Part shown: in pieces, positions 44,131 through 57,099 of the stretch
Layout of the letters: every line of letters begins with the position of its first letter
Position numbering within the stretch: the stretch's first letter is position 1
NCBI GenBank assembly: GCA_951406725.2
Contig: OX597824.1
Span: forward strand, 68,820,001 to 68,884,000
DNA length: 64,000 bases
Direction: 5' to 3'
Source: Octopus vulgaris
Lineage: Eukaryota
Position numbers and translations under genes: made by a program
Notes under the pieces: generated by a model
The model's database searches: none
What the model saw: only the letters and a program-made list of their open reading frames with translations
What the model was told of the DNA's origin: nothing

Positions 44131-44857
44131 ACTCGAATAGTGGCGTAGAATAGAACATTTTGTTTATCTTTTCTAGCTGCTTACTCGACCTACTAAAAAT
44201 AGTAACCAAATCCCCTTCAAATCAAATGACTACCTACCACCTTGAAAGAAGGGACGGATGTACTGTATAGCTTGAGATTAATTATTTCTGGTAAAGCCGA
44301 ATGGTCACAGCTGGAACGTCTTTGATCCCAAGCTAGCTAGATTAGGGCTGACACATGGCTAATGAACGAAATATCAACAACAATAAACACCACACCACAC
44401 CACAAAATATAACTCCAGCTATAACAATACAAGTCAATGTTGGTGCCTCTGGGCGGTTATATGGACTGCTACAAATAGCTGCAAAACCACTCTGAAATTG
44501 CAGTCTATTAAATGAGTAGAAAAATACACAAGCTAAAATTAGAGATGGAATGGTCATGGCTGGAACACCTACTATAGCACAGTTGACTTCACCTAAACAA
44601 TTACCACAACAGCAATCATTCCCATCCCCATATACATCCCCGTAATCTCCCACTCAAGCCCCCGAATACAAATATGCCCCAGCATGACCGCAGCTTTAAT
44701 GCTGAAACAAGTTAAAGAGTTGATATGTATATTATCATTTAATGTGGTCCCATTGTATAATGTTTATCCAAAATGGACACGTAGTTGCAAGAAGTCCTTC
44801 ATCTACAGAAGATTTCTTTAAAATCAATAAGTAAATACACTTCTTCAGATGGTAGCT

Positions 44858-45285
44858 ATCTTGAATAGCAATGAACATCTGCCCTTATCAGCAAATCAGA
44901 TAATATACCAAACATCGCGTATACTATAAAATGCTTCAATATATATTACATTAAAACATACTGATATATTAAACATACAAATACAGACTAAGGACTTATT
45001 AAACTTACATTATAAAGCCAAACTTCCTTCGTTTAACTCGAAACAATCTTGAATAGCAATAGTCGTCTGCTCATTTCAAAGAATCAGATACTATAGCAAA
45101 CATCACGTAACGCTACAATATATATACATTAAAACATACTATGTTAAACAGAGATACAGAATGAAGGCTTATTAAACTTACATTATACAGCCAAACTTCC
45201 TTAGTCTAGCTAGAAGTAATCTTGAATAGCAATAGCCGTCTGAGCATATGAGTGAATCAAGTAATTTGATAAACATAAATCGTCT
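44858..45285. repeat. diverged tandem repeat, about 2.4 units of 173-188 bp
   Basis: ATCTTGAATAGCAAT starts at 44858, 45046 and 45219; CTTATTAAACTTACATTATA.AGCCAAACTTCCTT is shared by units 1 and 2. Confidence 0.85.
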
Positions 45286-45510
45286 GATGTCTGCAAAGTT
45301 ACAACATAAATGCATTATAACATACAGATATTAAGCACGTAGATAAAGACCAAATGAAAATATAAACCTGAAATTGCAACTCCGTGAGATATACGGGCAT
45401 TTCTTTATAAAAATTCTGGTGTGGCTGCCTGTTAGGAAGTTTGGTTCCCAAGTACGTAGTTCTGGATTCCACTGCGTGGCACGTTCACCAAGTGTCTTCT
45501 GCTATTTATA

Positions 45511-46802
45511 CGAGGGACGTTCAATAAGTAATGCCCCTGACCCTCTTGAAGTTGTTTGATCTAGCTGAAATTTTGCATGTGGAATTATTTATATCTCTAT
45601 AGAGTAAGTGGCAAATTACAGCTCTGAATTAATTGTGGTTTCTGATTTACAGGTGTTTGAACTGAGTCAAGTGTGAAATGGAGCCTGTTGAGTGTCGAGC
45701 AGTGATCCGGTTTTTGTACTTGAAAGGACGCACACCACGGGAGACTTTTGATGAAATGAAAGTAACTTATGGTGATGATGCCCCATCATATGACCTTGTA
45801 AAACGCTGGCATCGTGAATTCAAACATAGCCGAAACTCTGTGGAAACAGCTCCTAGATCTGGTCTTCCCATTCGGCCATTGATGAGGCATCTGTCCGTCA
45901 AGTTGAGGCTGCCATTTTGGAAGATCGACGCATAACTATTCGCCAAATAGCCCATGAGGTCAAGATTAGTACCGGGTCCGTGGAAACTATCATTCATGAC
46001 CATTTGCATATGCAAAAGGTGTCTGCCAGATGGATTCCCAGGTTGCTCACACCTTTCCAGAAGCAAGAACGCGTCGAGTGCTCGAGGATGAATTTGGAGA
46101 TGTGCCAAGAAGATGAGTCAAAATTTTTCAAAAGACTGATTACACAGGATTAAAGCTGGGTCCATCACTATGATCCAGAGACCAAAGCACAGTCAATGCA
46201 GGGGAAGCACCGTGACTCACCTCCTCCAAAGAAGGCAAGGGTGGAGCCCTCCGCTAGCAAGGTCATGCTCACAGTCTTCTAGGACCAGGACGAAGTAGTG
46301 ATGACAGATTTCCTGGCAAAGGGTACCACAATTATAGGAGCCTATTATGCTTCACTTTTGAGGAAATTAAGAGAAGCTATCAAAATCAAGAGACGGGGCA
46401 AGATCAGCAAAGGCATCCTCTTCCTGCAGGACAACGCTCCGGTCCACAACTCGCGTGTCGCCAGATCAGAAGCACAGGCGTGCGGCTATGAACTCCTCCT
46501 CCATCCCCCCTACTCTCCTGACCTTGCACCCTCTGATTTTCACCCCTTCCCAGCCACGAAGTTGTTTTTGAAAGCAAAGCGTTTCCCAGATGATGCAGCG
46601 TTGATTTCTGAAGTCACGTCGTGGTTGGAGGACTAAGCTGGGGTCTTCTACAAAAACGGTCTCCAGAGCTGCATCAAACAATGGGAGAAATGCGTAACTC
46701 TGGGTGGTTTCTATGTAGAAAAAGACTAATAACTGTGACAAGTTTCGTTGCTCTACTGCTATGGGAAGTGGATCAGGGGCATTACTTATTGAACACCCCT
46801 CG
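45511..46802 (+). mobile_element. full-length mariner (DD34D) transposon, 1292 bp
   Basis: TIRs CGAGGGACGTTCAATAAGTAATGCCCCTGA / TCAGGGGCATTACTTATTGAACACCCCTCG; TA TSD on both sides. Confidence 0.97.
45678..46729 (+). pseudogene. mariner transposase, frameshift near 45870 and in-frame stops
   Basis: WIPRLL, ITQD*SWVHHY, FLQDNAPVH and HPPYSPDLAPSDF motifs. Confidence 0.95.
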
Positions 46803-46892
46803 TAAATCCGGACAGACTAAATCATTGCGTATGGATTTGGTAGAGGGATGCTTAAAACAGCTAGTCGTATATCTATCTATCTATCTATCTAC

Positions 46893-46981
<89 letters not shown>

Positions 46982-47142
46982 ATGATCTCTCTATAAATAT
47001 ATATACACGAGCATACATGCGCATATATATATGTATGTATATATATATGTGTGCAGGTGTGTGTGTATTCATATGTATATATATATATATATATATACAG
47101 ATATGTATGTATACATATATATATATATATACATATATAAGC

Positions 47143-47173
<31 letters not shown>

Positions 47174-47362
47174 GATGTATGTATGTACATACATGTATGG
47201 ATATATGCATATATTTATATATTATTTATATTATATATACATATATTTATATATATATATTTCATTTTGGGATTTGACTTGCAGGATTTTTTATGTCAGT
47301 TTGTGTGTGGAAGCATATTCTGTTGAGTCTGGGGAGAGTCATTTTCTTTTTTGTGTCTTATA

Positions 47363-47554
47363 ATTTATCACACTCACCGGTAAAATTTCCACTTATTTCC
47401 TATTTCTATTTTCCTAAAATTTTCTTCGCGTCTTGCAACCTTTTCAATAGTCTTGACAGTCAAGACTATTGAAAAGGTTGCAAGACGCGAACGAAAATTT
47501 TAGGAAAATAAAAATAAGAAATAAGTGGAAATTTTACTGGTGAGTGTGTTAAAT
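47363..47554. repeat. long palindrome, arms of about 95 bp, 1-nt loop at 47458
   Basis: ...CGCGTCTTGCAACCTTTTCAATAGTCTTGAC-A-GTCAAGACTATTGAAAAGGTTGCAAGACGCG...; few mismatches distally. Confidence 0.95.
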
Positions 47555-47629
47555 CATATATGCATATTTATGTTTATATATGTATATAAACATGTGTGTG
47601 TATATAAATATATGCATATATACATACAT

Positions 47630-47775
47630 ATGGGTACAGGACACCAAAAAAACGCTAAACACAATGAGAAACAAAAACATAAAAACAAAATCATAGAAAT
47701 GAACTTTTTTTTTGCAAACAACGAAAAAACAGAGTACAAGACATACAACACAAGTAATATCCCCCTTCTTCAGTT
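47630..47775 (-). mobile_element. (TA)n-adjacent element terminus shared with 2895-2995 and 17160-17306
   Basis: Common end G..GTCCTGT.C.CA.AT and a T-rich body. Confidence 0.5.
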
Positions 47776-47954
47776 GTAACTAAGCAGTTCGACAAAAGAT
47801 ATCCATAGAATAAGTACATGGCTTTAAAAATGTTCTAGATGTGGGGGGTGCGGAGATTCATTCTTCAAGATGGCGCCCAGCATAGTCGCAGTCAAGTCAC
47901 TGAAACAAGTAAAAGATAAAAAAGGACTAAGTAGAAGACAGTAGGAGGAAGAGG

Positions 47955-48175
47955 GTTTCCAATTTCCAATTTCCAATTTTGGCACAAATCCAGCAATTTT
48001 AGGGGAGGGAGCTAGTCGATTACATCGACACCAGTGCTCAACTAGTTCTCCTTTTATCGATCCCGAAAGGATGAAAGGCAAAGTCAACCTTGGAGGAATT
48101 TAAACTCGAAATTTGACAGACGAAATTTCGCTAAGAATTATGCTAGGCGTGCTAACAAGTCTGCCAGCTCTCTGC
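47955..48175 (-). mobile_element. SINE family B, tail type 2
   Basis: Core motif in reverse; tail GGCACAA..CCAGCAATTTTAGGGGA. Confidence 0.8.
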
Positions 48176-48217
48176 TTTAGGTAGATTTCAAATTTTGGCC
48201 CAAGGCCAGCAGTTTTT

Positions 48218-48350
48218 GATGCTTCCCAACTACATGATTTCGAGTTCGGTCCCACTGCGTGGCACCTTGGGTAAGTGTCTTCTACTATTGCCTAGTGCCG
48301 ATAAAGCCTTGTGAATGGATCTGATAGACAGAGACTGACAGAAGGCAATC

Positions 48351-48402
<52 letters not shown>

Positions 48403-48702
48403 ATGTGTGTGTGTGTATACGTGTGTTTGTGTGTGTGTATGCGTGCGCGTGTGTATGTATATATATATATGTGTGTCTCTGTGTGTGTATGTATATGTGT
48501 GTGGGTCTCTGTGTGTTCCCCTCCCATCGCTTCACAACCGATGCTGGTGTGTTAACATTCCCGTTAACTAGCGGTTTGGCAAAAGAGCCCGATAGAATAA
48601 GTACTAGGCTTACAAAGAATAAGTCCTGGGATCGATTTGTCCGACTGAAGGCGGTGCTCCAGCATGGCCGCAGTCAAATGACTGAAACAAGTAAAAAAGA
48701 AC
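48218..48702 (+). mobile_element. SINE family C with internal microsatellite
   Basis: Head, (TA)n/(TG)n slot and complete tail. Confidence 0.85.
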
Positions 48703-48969
48703 GTTAAGTCGATTATATTGTTCCCACTGTTCAACTGGTACTTATTTTATCGACCCATAAATTCGCCCTCGGCGGAATTTAAACTCTGAACGGAAAGACA
48801 GACGAAATACTGGTAAACATACTGCCCTGTGTGCTAACTCATCTACCACATCGACATCTTAGGGACTGATATATATTAAGAAATGAATAAAAGAAAAGCG
48901 TTTCGTATCCCTCATCGTGAAACCATTTGAGGGCCAAACTGACAGAGAACAGCGCTCTGTAGGCAAATA

Positions 48970-49552
48970 TTCTTTTCTACTATAGACACAAGGCCAGAAA
49001 TTTTGGGGGAGGAGGCCAGTCGGTTAGATCGACCCCAGTATGCAACTGGTACATAATTTATTGACCCCGAAAGGATGGAGGACAAAGTCGACCTCGTCGG
49101 AATTTGAAACCAGAACGTAAAGACAGACGAAATACCTATTTATTTACTACCCACAAGGGGCTAAACACAAAGGGGACAAACAAGGACAGACAAAGGGATT
49201 AAGTCGATTACATCGACCCCACTGCGTAATTGGTACTTAATTTATCGACACCGAAAGGATGAAAGACAAAGTCGACCTCGTCGGAATTTGAACCCAGAAC
49301 ATAAAGACAGGCAAAATACCTATTTCATTACTATCCGCAAGGGGCTAAACATAGAGAGGACAAACAAGGACAGACAAATGGATTAAGTCGATTACATCGA
49401 CCCCAGTGCGTAACTGGTACTTATTTAATCGACCCCGAAAGGATGAAAGGCAAAGTCGACCTGGGCGGAATTTGAACTCAGAACGTAGCGGCAGGCAAAA
49501 TACCGCTAAGCATTTCGCACGGCGTGGTAACGTTTCTGCCAGCTCGCCACCT
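48970..49552 (-). mobile_element. SINE family B trimer
   Basis: 184-bp units joined at 49135/6 and 49319/20; TSD TGYAGGCAAATA at 48958-69 and 49556-67. Confidence 0.92.
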
Positions 49553-49977
49553 TAATGCAGGCAAATAGTGACGAATTTAGGTCTTGTGTTTTAGTTCTAG
49601 AGTAGCATTGAGCTCGCATTCCTATGCTCAGAGGTATTCTAGCTTTGACCGCCACATCTTTACTACATATCAAGAACTACATTGACCAATGTGACATTCT
49701 AAATTTAAGACTGCTGATGTATGTGAGTTGGGGACTATTTAGCTGCTATTACTAGCTGATGTTATTGCATGGTGGGAGTGTTGATGTTGGAGTAGCGTTT
49801 CGGTGGTTGGTACCGGTGTTAGTGGCGGCGTTGGTACCTATGTTAGTGGTGTTGATGAAGTTGGTGATTATGCATATACACTAATATATACACAAATGTG
49901 TGTGTGTGTGTGTGTGTGCATGTGTGTATGTATACATATACATATATATATATGTATATATCTGTGTGTATACATGT

Positions 49978-50020
<43 letters not shown>

Positions 50021-50083
50021 AATATGCATATGCACATTCAGACATATATATATATATATATATATATGAATACATGCATACAG

Positions 50084-50154
<71 letters not shown>

Positions 50155-50495
50155 CGCATGCATAGGGGCATCCACTTCTAATTAAGGCTAGGAACTTATA
50201 AAACAATTAGTAGTTGGTTAAGTGGTGCCTCGGAGGTGTGTAGGAATTGCATTCATTAAATCTAACACCTCCACTACCAATACTCGTTGGTCATCCGTTG
50301 GCCATCACTGTGGCACCATATTGCTGGACATACACGGATTGTGTATATGTTTGTACGCCTATATGCGTACACACTTGCGGTCGATTTGGTCGATCCGTGT
50401 GTGTGTGTGTACGCTTGCTTTTCATAAAAAGCAGTAATGCAGCAGTGTGTTACATAACATATATATATATATGCATGCATGAGTACACACACACA

Positions 50496-50538
<43 letters not shown>

Positions 50539-50727
50539 ATAGCGAGAGAGAGAGAGAGATAGAGAGAGATGAGAGAGAAATGAAGAGTGGGAAAGATAGA
50601 TAGCTACACGTGCGTCTGCTTTTGCTTTAGTTACAGTATATATGCATTCACACATATATGATTGTATGTATATATATATATATATATATACACACACGAA
50701 ACACACGCATCCACGCACACACAAATA

Positions 50728-50790
<63 letters not shown>

Positions 50791-51015
50791 ATGTCCATAT
50801 ACATATATATATGTGTATATATGCATATATATAACATATACATGCTCATATATATGTGTGTGCGTGCTTGTGTATGCGTGTGTACGTGTGCTATGTGTAT
50901 ACAATGGTATGTTTACGCATACATACATATTGACACATACATTTATGCATGTATGCATATGTAAGCCTATACATATATTTGCGTGTGTATGTATACACAC
51001 ATACGTGTGTGGGTT

Positions 51016-51083
<68 letters not shown>

Positions 51084-51632
51084 CATACATACATACATAC
51101 ATACATACATACATACATACAAACATACATACATACATACATATATATGCATATATTCATATATACGTACGTTCGTACATACATGCATGCATACATACAT
51201 ACAGCAATCTATGTCGCTTCAATGTATACCCATGCAATTTGCTATAATATTTAATTGCTACTAATTGATCGAAATAATGAAGTTACAAGACAACAATGTG
51301 AAGAATTATGCCAGAATCCCCTTTGGACATTCCAGTAATGGCGTAATTTGTGAGTCGTTTTGCGTTTGTTTTTTCCCTTCCTCTCCACTTTTAATTACAT
51401 CAAGACCAGGAGATGTGCTACAATTAAAATAGAAGCCATAAGGAATCAGTGTTGCATGTTGCTTGATCAATCAATCTGTCTTTCTGTCTATCTGCCTGTC
51501 GGTCTATCAGTCTGTCTGTTTGTCTATTTGTCTGTCTGTTTGTCGGTTTGTATATACATATATGTCTGTTTATGTCTGCTTATCTGTATACAACTGTATG
51601 TCTGACAATCTGTCTGTCTGTCTATCTATCTT

Positions 51633-51698
<66 letters not shown>

Positions 51699-51712
51699 AG
51701 TCTGTCTGTTTT

Positions 51713-51747
<35 letters not shown>

Positions 51748-51842
51748 ATCTATCTGTCTGTCTGTCTGTCTGTCTCTTTTACCCTTTAATTGTCTATGTA
51801 CTGGCATCTTAATGTATATGTATATGTGCGTGTGTGTATGTA

Positions 51843-51891
<49 letters not shown>

Positions 51892-52240
51892 CATACAAAA
51901 TGGGACAAGAACGCAACACATCCAGACAGTTAGGTGATACAAAAAAGGGACAACAAAACATCCAGATGGATGATACAAAGAAAACAAGGACGGGTCATTC
52001 GGAGTTTTCTTTCCTCAGTTGAGTTTCAGATTATCTTTGTAATTTCGGCTGGTTATACTATCATATTCCTTGGAAGAAAGCAGCGAATGTATACGAAAAT
52101 AAGGACGGTAAAAAACGGAGAATGTTACACAAATACAAATAACAGGACATAACAACAGGCGTGTGTGGAAATAAAGCCTTACGGCAGGGATACAAGATTT
52201 CACAGACACAGGGAGGAATATAGATGTTGCATGGACGGTC

Positions 52241-52273
<33 letters not shown>

Positions 52274-52348
52274 AACATATATACATGATATATATACATA
52301 CATGTATGATGTATATATGTATATATATACATATATATAGTGTATATG

Positions 52349-52380
<32 letters not shown>

Positions 52381-52969
52381 TCGCGCGCGCAAATATCCGT
52401 CCGTCGTTCCTTCTCTCTGTCCATCTATTTTCTAATTTAATGAATATATGTTTACATGTTTGTATACACGTGTATGCGAGTGTCTATGCTTGTATACATA
52501 GATATATGTATAAAAAATATGGACGCATATGTTTATACATGCATGAATGGGCATTTGCTTGCATGTAAGAATGCATGTATGCATGTGTCTTTTATATCAT
52601 TATTTTCTACTACCCTTTCTCTCTCACATCAAGTATTGTCCAATATCAAGTTTGTTCTACAGCCTTCCCATTGTATCAGTCACAGGTATATTAAAAATAT
52701 ACGAAGGGTGTCCATGCAGACAATTACATGACCCTTCTCTCCAACTACATTCGTATGTGTTACGTTACTTTGTGCCAATGCAAAAAAAAAAAATCCAGAT
52801 CTTGACAGCCGTTTCATGTTCAAAGTAATTGGGCTCCCTAGACCCCCCACCTTACCTTCGACCTTTGCCAGGTGACCTTCACCTTGCCTTCGACTTAGCC
52901 AGTCGAGATCAATGCTGGCGATTTTGCACTTTTGTTTTGTTTAGTTTTTTCTTACTGGATTGTATAACC

Positions 52970-53355
52970 TTTTCTACTCAAGCCACAAGACCCGAAATTT
53001 TGGGGGAAGGGGGCCAGTCAATTAGATTGACCCCATATTCAACTGGTACTTAATTTATCTACCCCGAAAGGATGAAAGCGAAAGTCAACCTCGGCAGAAT
53101 TTGAACTCAGAACGTAATGACACCTATTTCTTTACTACCCACAAGGGGCTAAACACAGAGAGGACAAACAAGGACAGACAAACGGATTAAGTCGATTATA
53201 TCAACCCCAGTGCGTAATTGGTACTTAATTTATCGACCTCGAGAGAATGAAAGGCAAAGTCGACCTCGGCAGAATTTGAACTCAGAATGTAACGGCAGAG
53301 GAAATACGGCTACGCATTTCACCCGGTGTGCTAACGTTTCTGCCAGCTCGCCGCC
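52970..53355 (-). mobile_element. SINE family B dimer
   Basis: Perfect 19-bp TSD CTTACTGGATTGTATAACC at 52951-69 and 53356-74. Confidence 0.95.
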
Positions 53356-53756
53356 CTTACTGGATTGTATAACCACCAGAAGAAGGATCTAGTGAAGTGT
53401 TTGCTGTAGGGATTTATGATTGAAACGTATCAAAGATAGGAAAAGATGTATATTCGAAAGGCATTATGGATTTGTGGTTTGAGTTGTACATGGCTTTGTT
53501 GTTCAGAAGAGTAAGTACGAGTGTCGCACGAGCCCGTGTGTGTGTGTGCGCGCGTGCGCGTTTGTTTGTGTGTGTATGTGTGTGTGAGAGAGAGAAAGGA
53601 AGTGTGGGAGAGAAAGATGTTAGCGAGAGAGAGAAAAATAGAGAGAGAGATGGAGAAAGGAATGATCATGAGAGAAGGGGGAGACAAACGAATTAGAGAG
53701 TAAGAGAATGAGAGGGAGTGAGAAGTGGTGACAAAGGGTAAGGGAGAGGGAAAGAG

Positions 53757-53798
<42 letters not shown>

Positions 53799-54020
53799 GA
53801 GAGAGAAATTATAGGGTTATGCCAAGGATGATCCCGGGATTGAAAATCTACCCTTCATTATGTTCTTGAACACCCAGCATTGGGATCTGATTTAAAAGCA
53901 TTTGAGTGACTATTTCTGGCAGGTAAAGCGTCGCTGATTCACACCATCTTGGTAGGCACTTATGAGCTGACGTCAGAGATCAAGCAGAAAATAAATGACA
54001 TATCATTCGTAAATTTTACA

Positions 54021-54191
54021 GGCGCAGGAGTGGCTGTGTGGTAAGTAGCTTGTCTACCAACCACATGGTTCCGGGTTCAGTCCCACTGCTTGGCACCTTG
54101 GGTAAGTGTCTTCTACTATACCCTCGGGCCGACCAAAGCCTTGTGAGTGGATTTGGTAGATGGAAACTGAAAGAAGCCCGTCGTATATATG

Positions 54192-54280
<89 letters not shown>

Positions 54281-54475
54281 ATGCATGTGTGTGTTTGTGT
54301 GTCTGTGTTTGCTGGAGTGTCACTTAGCGGTTCGGCAAAATAGACCGATAGAATAAGTACTGGGCTTACAAAAGAATAAGTTCCGGGGTCGAGTTGCTCG
54401 ATTAAAGGCGGTGCTCCAGCATGGCCGCAGTCAAATGACTGAAACAAGTAAAAGAGTAAAAAGAGTAAAGAGATA
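54021..54475 (+). mobile_element. SINE family C, young full-length copy
   Basis: GGCGCAGGAGTGGCTGTGTGG head, internal (TA)n, tail ending (AGTAAAAG)n. Confidence 0.9.
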
Positions 54476-54719
54476 AGAACTTTGGGAGAAATTGGCCAGC
54501 AGTTGAAATTCAACTTGAAACTAGAACAATCGAACGGTCGCATTACAGAATTAATGCTCATCCGTTCTTAACTTCTGATCAGACACGACCGGGGGCATAT
54601 AGTTATTATAGACGTATTATAGCCGCACTATTTAGCTCTCTTTAGCTTTGGTTTGCAGGTCCAATTAGCCCTCCACGGGAGTTAACCTAAGAGTAGTCCG
54701 CACGCTGTGCAACTTTTAG

Positions 54720-55000
54720 TATAGTCGAAGACGACTTTCTTCTGCTGCTGCGTGACATGCATAAATGACTTGTTTATAGAGATGAAATGTATGTGGCGTA
54801 CATCAGCTCCCTCCCGCCATTAAATCGACGTTGTCTTAACGGGTGCATTGTGTACCACATGCCAGATGACGAAGTGATGGCAGAGCACTGTAAAATGAAG
54901 TGTTTTGTTCAAGTGCACAACGCACCAACCGGTTTACGAATTGAAATCACGATCTAGCGGTCGTGAGTGCAGCACCCTGCGCACTAGGCTATGGGCCCTC
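54720..55000 (-). mobile_element. tRNA-derived SINE, family E
   Basis: Minus head GAGGGCCCATAGCCTAGTG..GATTTCAATTC; homologous to 21100-21382. Confidence 0.65.
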
Positions 55001-55287
55001 ACATATGTACATACTGGAGAGAGAGAGAGAGAGAGAGAGAGGGAGATAGTGAGAGAGAGACTCATATATATATATATACATAGACAAACATACATGCATA
55101 CATACGATATGTATGTATATATATATATATATATATATACATATCAAATGTATATACAAATGTATATACAAACGTATATATATATTGTATATATGCAGAT
55201 GTGTGTGTGTGTGTGTGCGTGTGGCGTGTATGTATACATATGTATATGTATATATATATGTATGTATATATATGTATATATATATCT

Positions 55288-55320
<33 letters not shown>

Positions 55321-55335
55321 GTATATGTAAGTATG

Positions 55336-55404
<69 letters not shown>

Positions 55405-55431
55405 GCATATGAAATTAAATATATGTCTGCT

Positions 55432-55500
55432 CATAGAGTGATCAACAGTTTCGCATACATAAAGAGCTTAGCTTTATAGACGACTCATCAGACTCCAATG
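55432..55500 (-). ncRNA. type I hammerhead ribozyme-like motif
   Basis: Minus: CATTGGAGT-CTGATGA-G..TATAAAG(loop)CTTTATG..C-GAAAC-TGTTG-ATC-ACTCTATG. Good stems I and II; C-A mismatch in stem III. Confidence 0.65.
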
Positions 55501-56149
55501 GATGCGGGATAACCTCTCTTTATATATGTAGGAAACCTAAATATACACACGCGCGCGCGCGCACACACATACACTCACATATGTATGTATATACCTAGAT
55601 CCACGTCATGTACATATAATGTCGTTATAATGATTCCTAAGAATCAAGGCATTATCAACTGGTAGGGGGTCAGAAATGGCTAGATACGATAAAATAGAGC
55701 GCACAGTAAAATAAACAATACTGAAGACATCATGTGCTGATTGATAGGATACCGTAGGTATGCAGTTACTAAATACGCTCACCGATGAGTTTTTGTGATT
55801 ACTTCACACACTCACCTCACACAAACACACACACACAAACACGCACACACACACGCACACACACACATGCACACACACATACACACATACATACATACAA
55901 ACACACACATGCACATATATTTAGTTTCTCTCAGCCAAGTTTCATCTAGCGGCTAACGCTTATCTAATGTAACTCATAACACACACACACACATGCACAC
56001 GCAAAGATATGTACACATATGTCACCTCAATACACACTGTTGCAACATAACATGACAGATTAGAAGTGGGTTTTATATGCATACATGCGTACATACATCT
56101 AAATATACACATGTAAATTCATCCATACATGCACACATATATATACATG

Positions 56150-56482
56150 AGACCCCCTTCGGTCATGACTGACCGTGGGATTGGACCTAGAAAGTTACCC
56201 TCCCAGGCACGAGTCCGGGCAAGGTTGTTTATGGAAGACCAGCAGTCGCCCATGCATAACAGCCTCCCCTCTCCACGCCACCAGTGTTATCCAAGGGAAA
56301 GGCAAAGGCCGATACAGTTTGGCATCCATGACGTCGCAACTCATTTCTACAGCTGAGTGAACTGGAGCAACGTGAAATAAAGTGTCTTGCTCAAGAACAC
56401 AACACGCAACCCGGTCTGGGATTCGAACTCACAACCTCACGATCGTAAGCTCGACGCTCTAACCACTGAGCCATGCGCCTTC
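56150..56482 (-). mobile_element. tRNA-derived SINE, family D
   Basis: Head GGCGCATGGCTCAGTGGTTAGAGCG..GAGTTCGAATCCC; colinear with 41608-41943. Confidence 0.9.
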
Positions 56483-56506
56483 ACCATACATACATACATA
56501 CATACA

Positions 56507-56540
<34 letters not shown>

Positions 56541-57099
56541 CATACATACGTAAAAGGCGGGCGTCTGCACAGCTTCACAGGTTATCTTTGAACCTAACTG
56601 TATAGGACGAATTATTTTGGGGGCCAAAGTAACCGTACAGTAGAATCGAACAAAGAACCACGGGGTTTGGAAACAAATTTCCCGTAATCGACAAGCGCAA
56701 CCATGTAATCTACTCAACAGCTCTAATGACTGAGATTCCCACCCACCCTGCAGTTCGTTGCGTGCTATAAAGTCACATGCTCTCCCTACGGATGAATGAG
56801 CAATGAATTTATCAGTATATGCAGCTCCCCAGACACATTGAAGAAAACAATTACTTAAGCGAGAAGGACATCACATACACTACAGACACATATATATAGA
56901 AATATACACTCATGCATATACACATACATATGCATACACGATTGGTGCAGCATGCTATAAAAGATAGATTAGAAACGGAATATTAATTATAGAAGACCGG
57001 GGTTGATCTCCAAAACTGAACTATTCTCATTGAAAAAGTTAATGACTTTTGCCATTGGTTTGAAAGTTAAATAATAAGGAAAGGAGGTTGGGTTTACTT

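Larger units (their letters stand above)
45418..47920 (+). mobile_element. SINE family C expanded by nested insertions
   Basis: Head 45418-45510, resumes 46805-46870 after the mariner, tail about 47776-47920. Confidence 0.6.

Noticed and set aside
44800-44855. Minus-strand CTGAAGA...GAAA
   Set aside because: Stem II does not close at GAAA and stems I and III do not pair.
45678-46729. Active or domesticated mariner transposase
   Set aside because: A frameshift and at least three in-frame stops.
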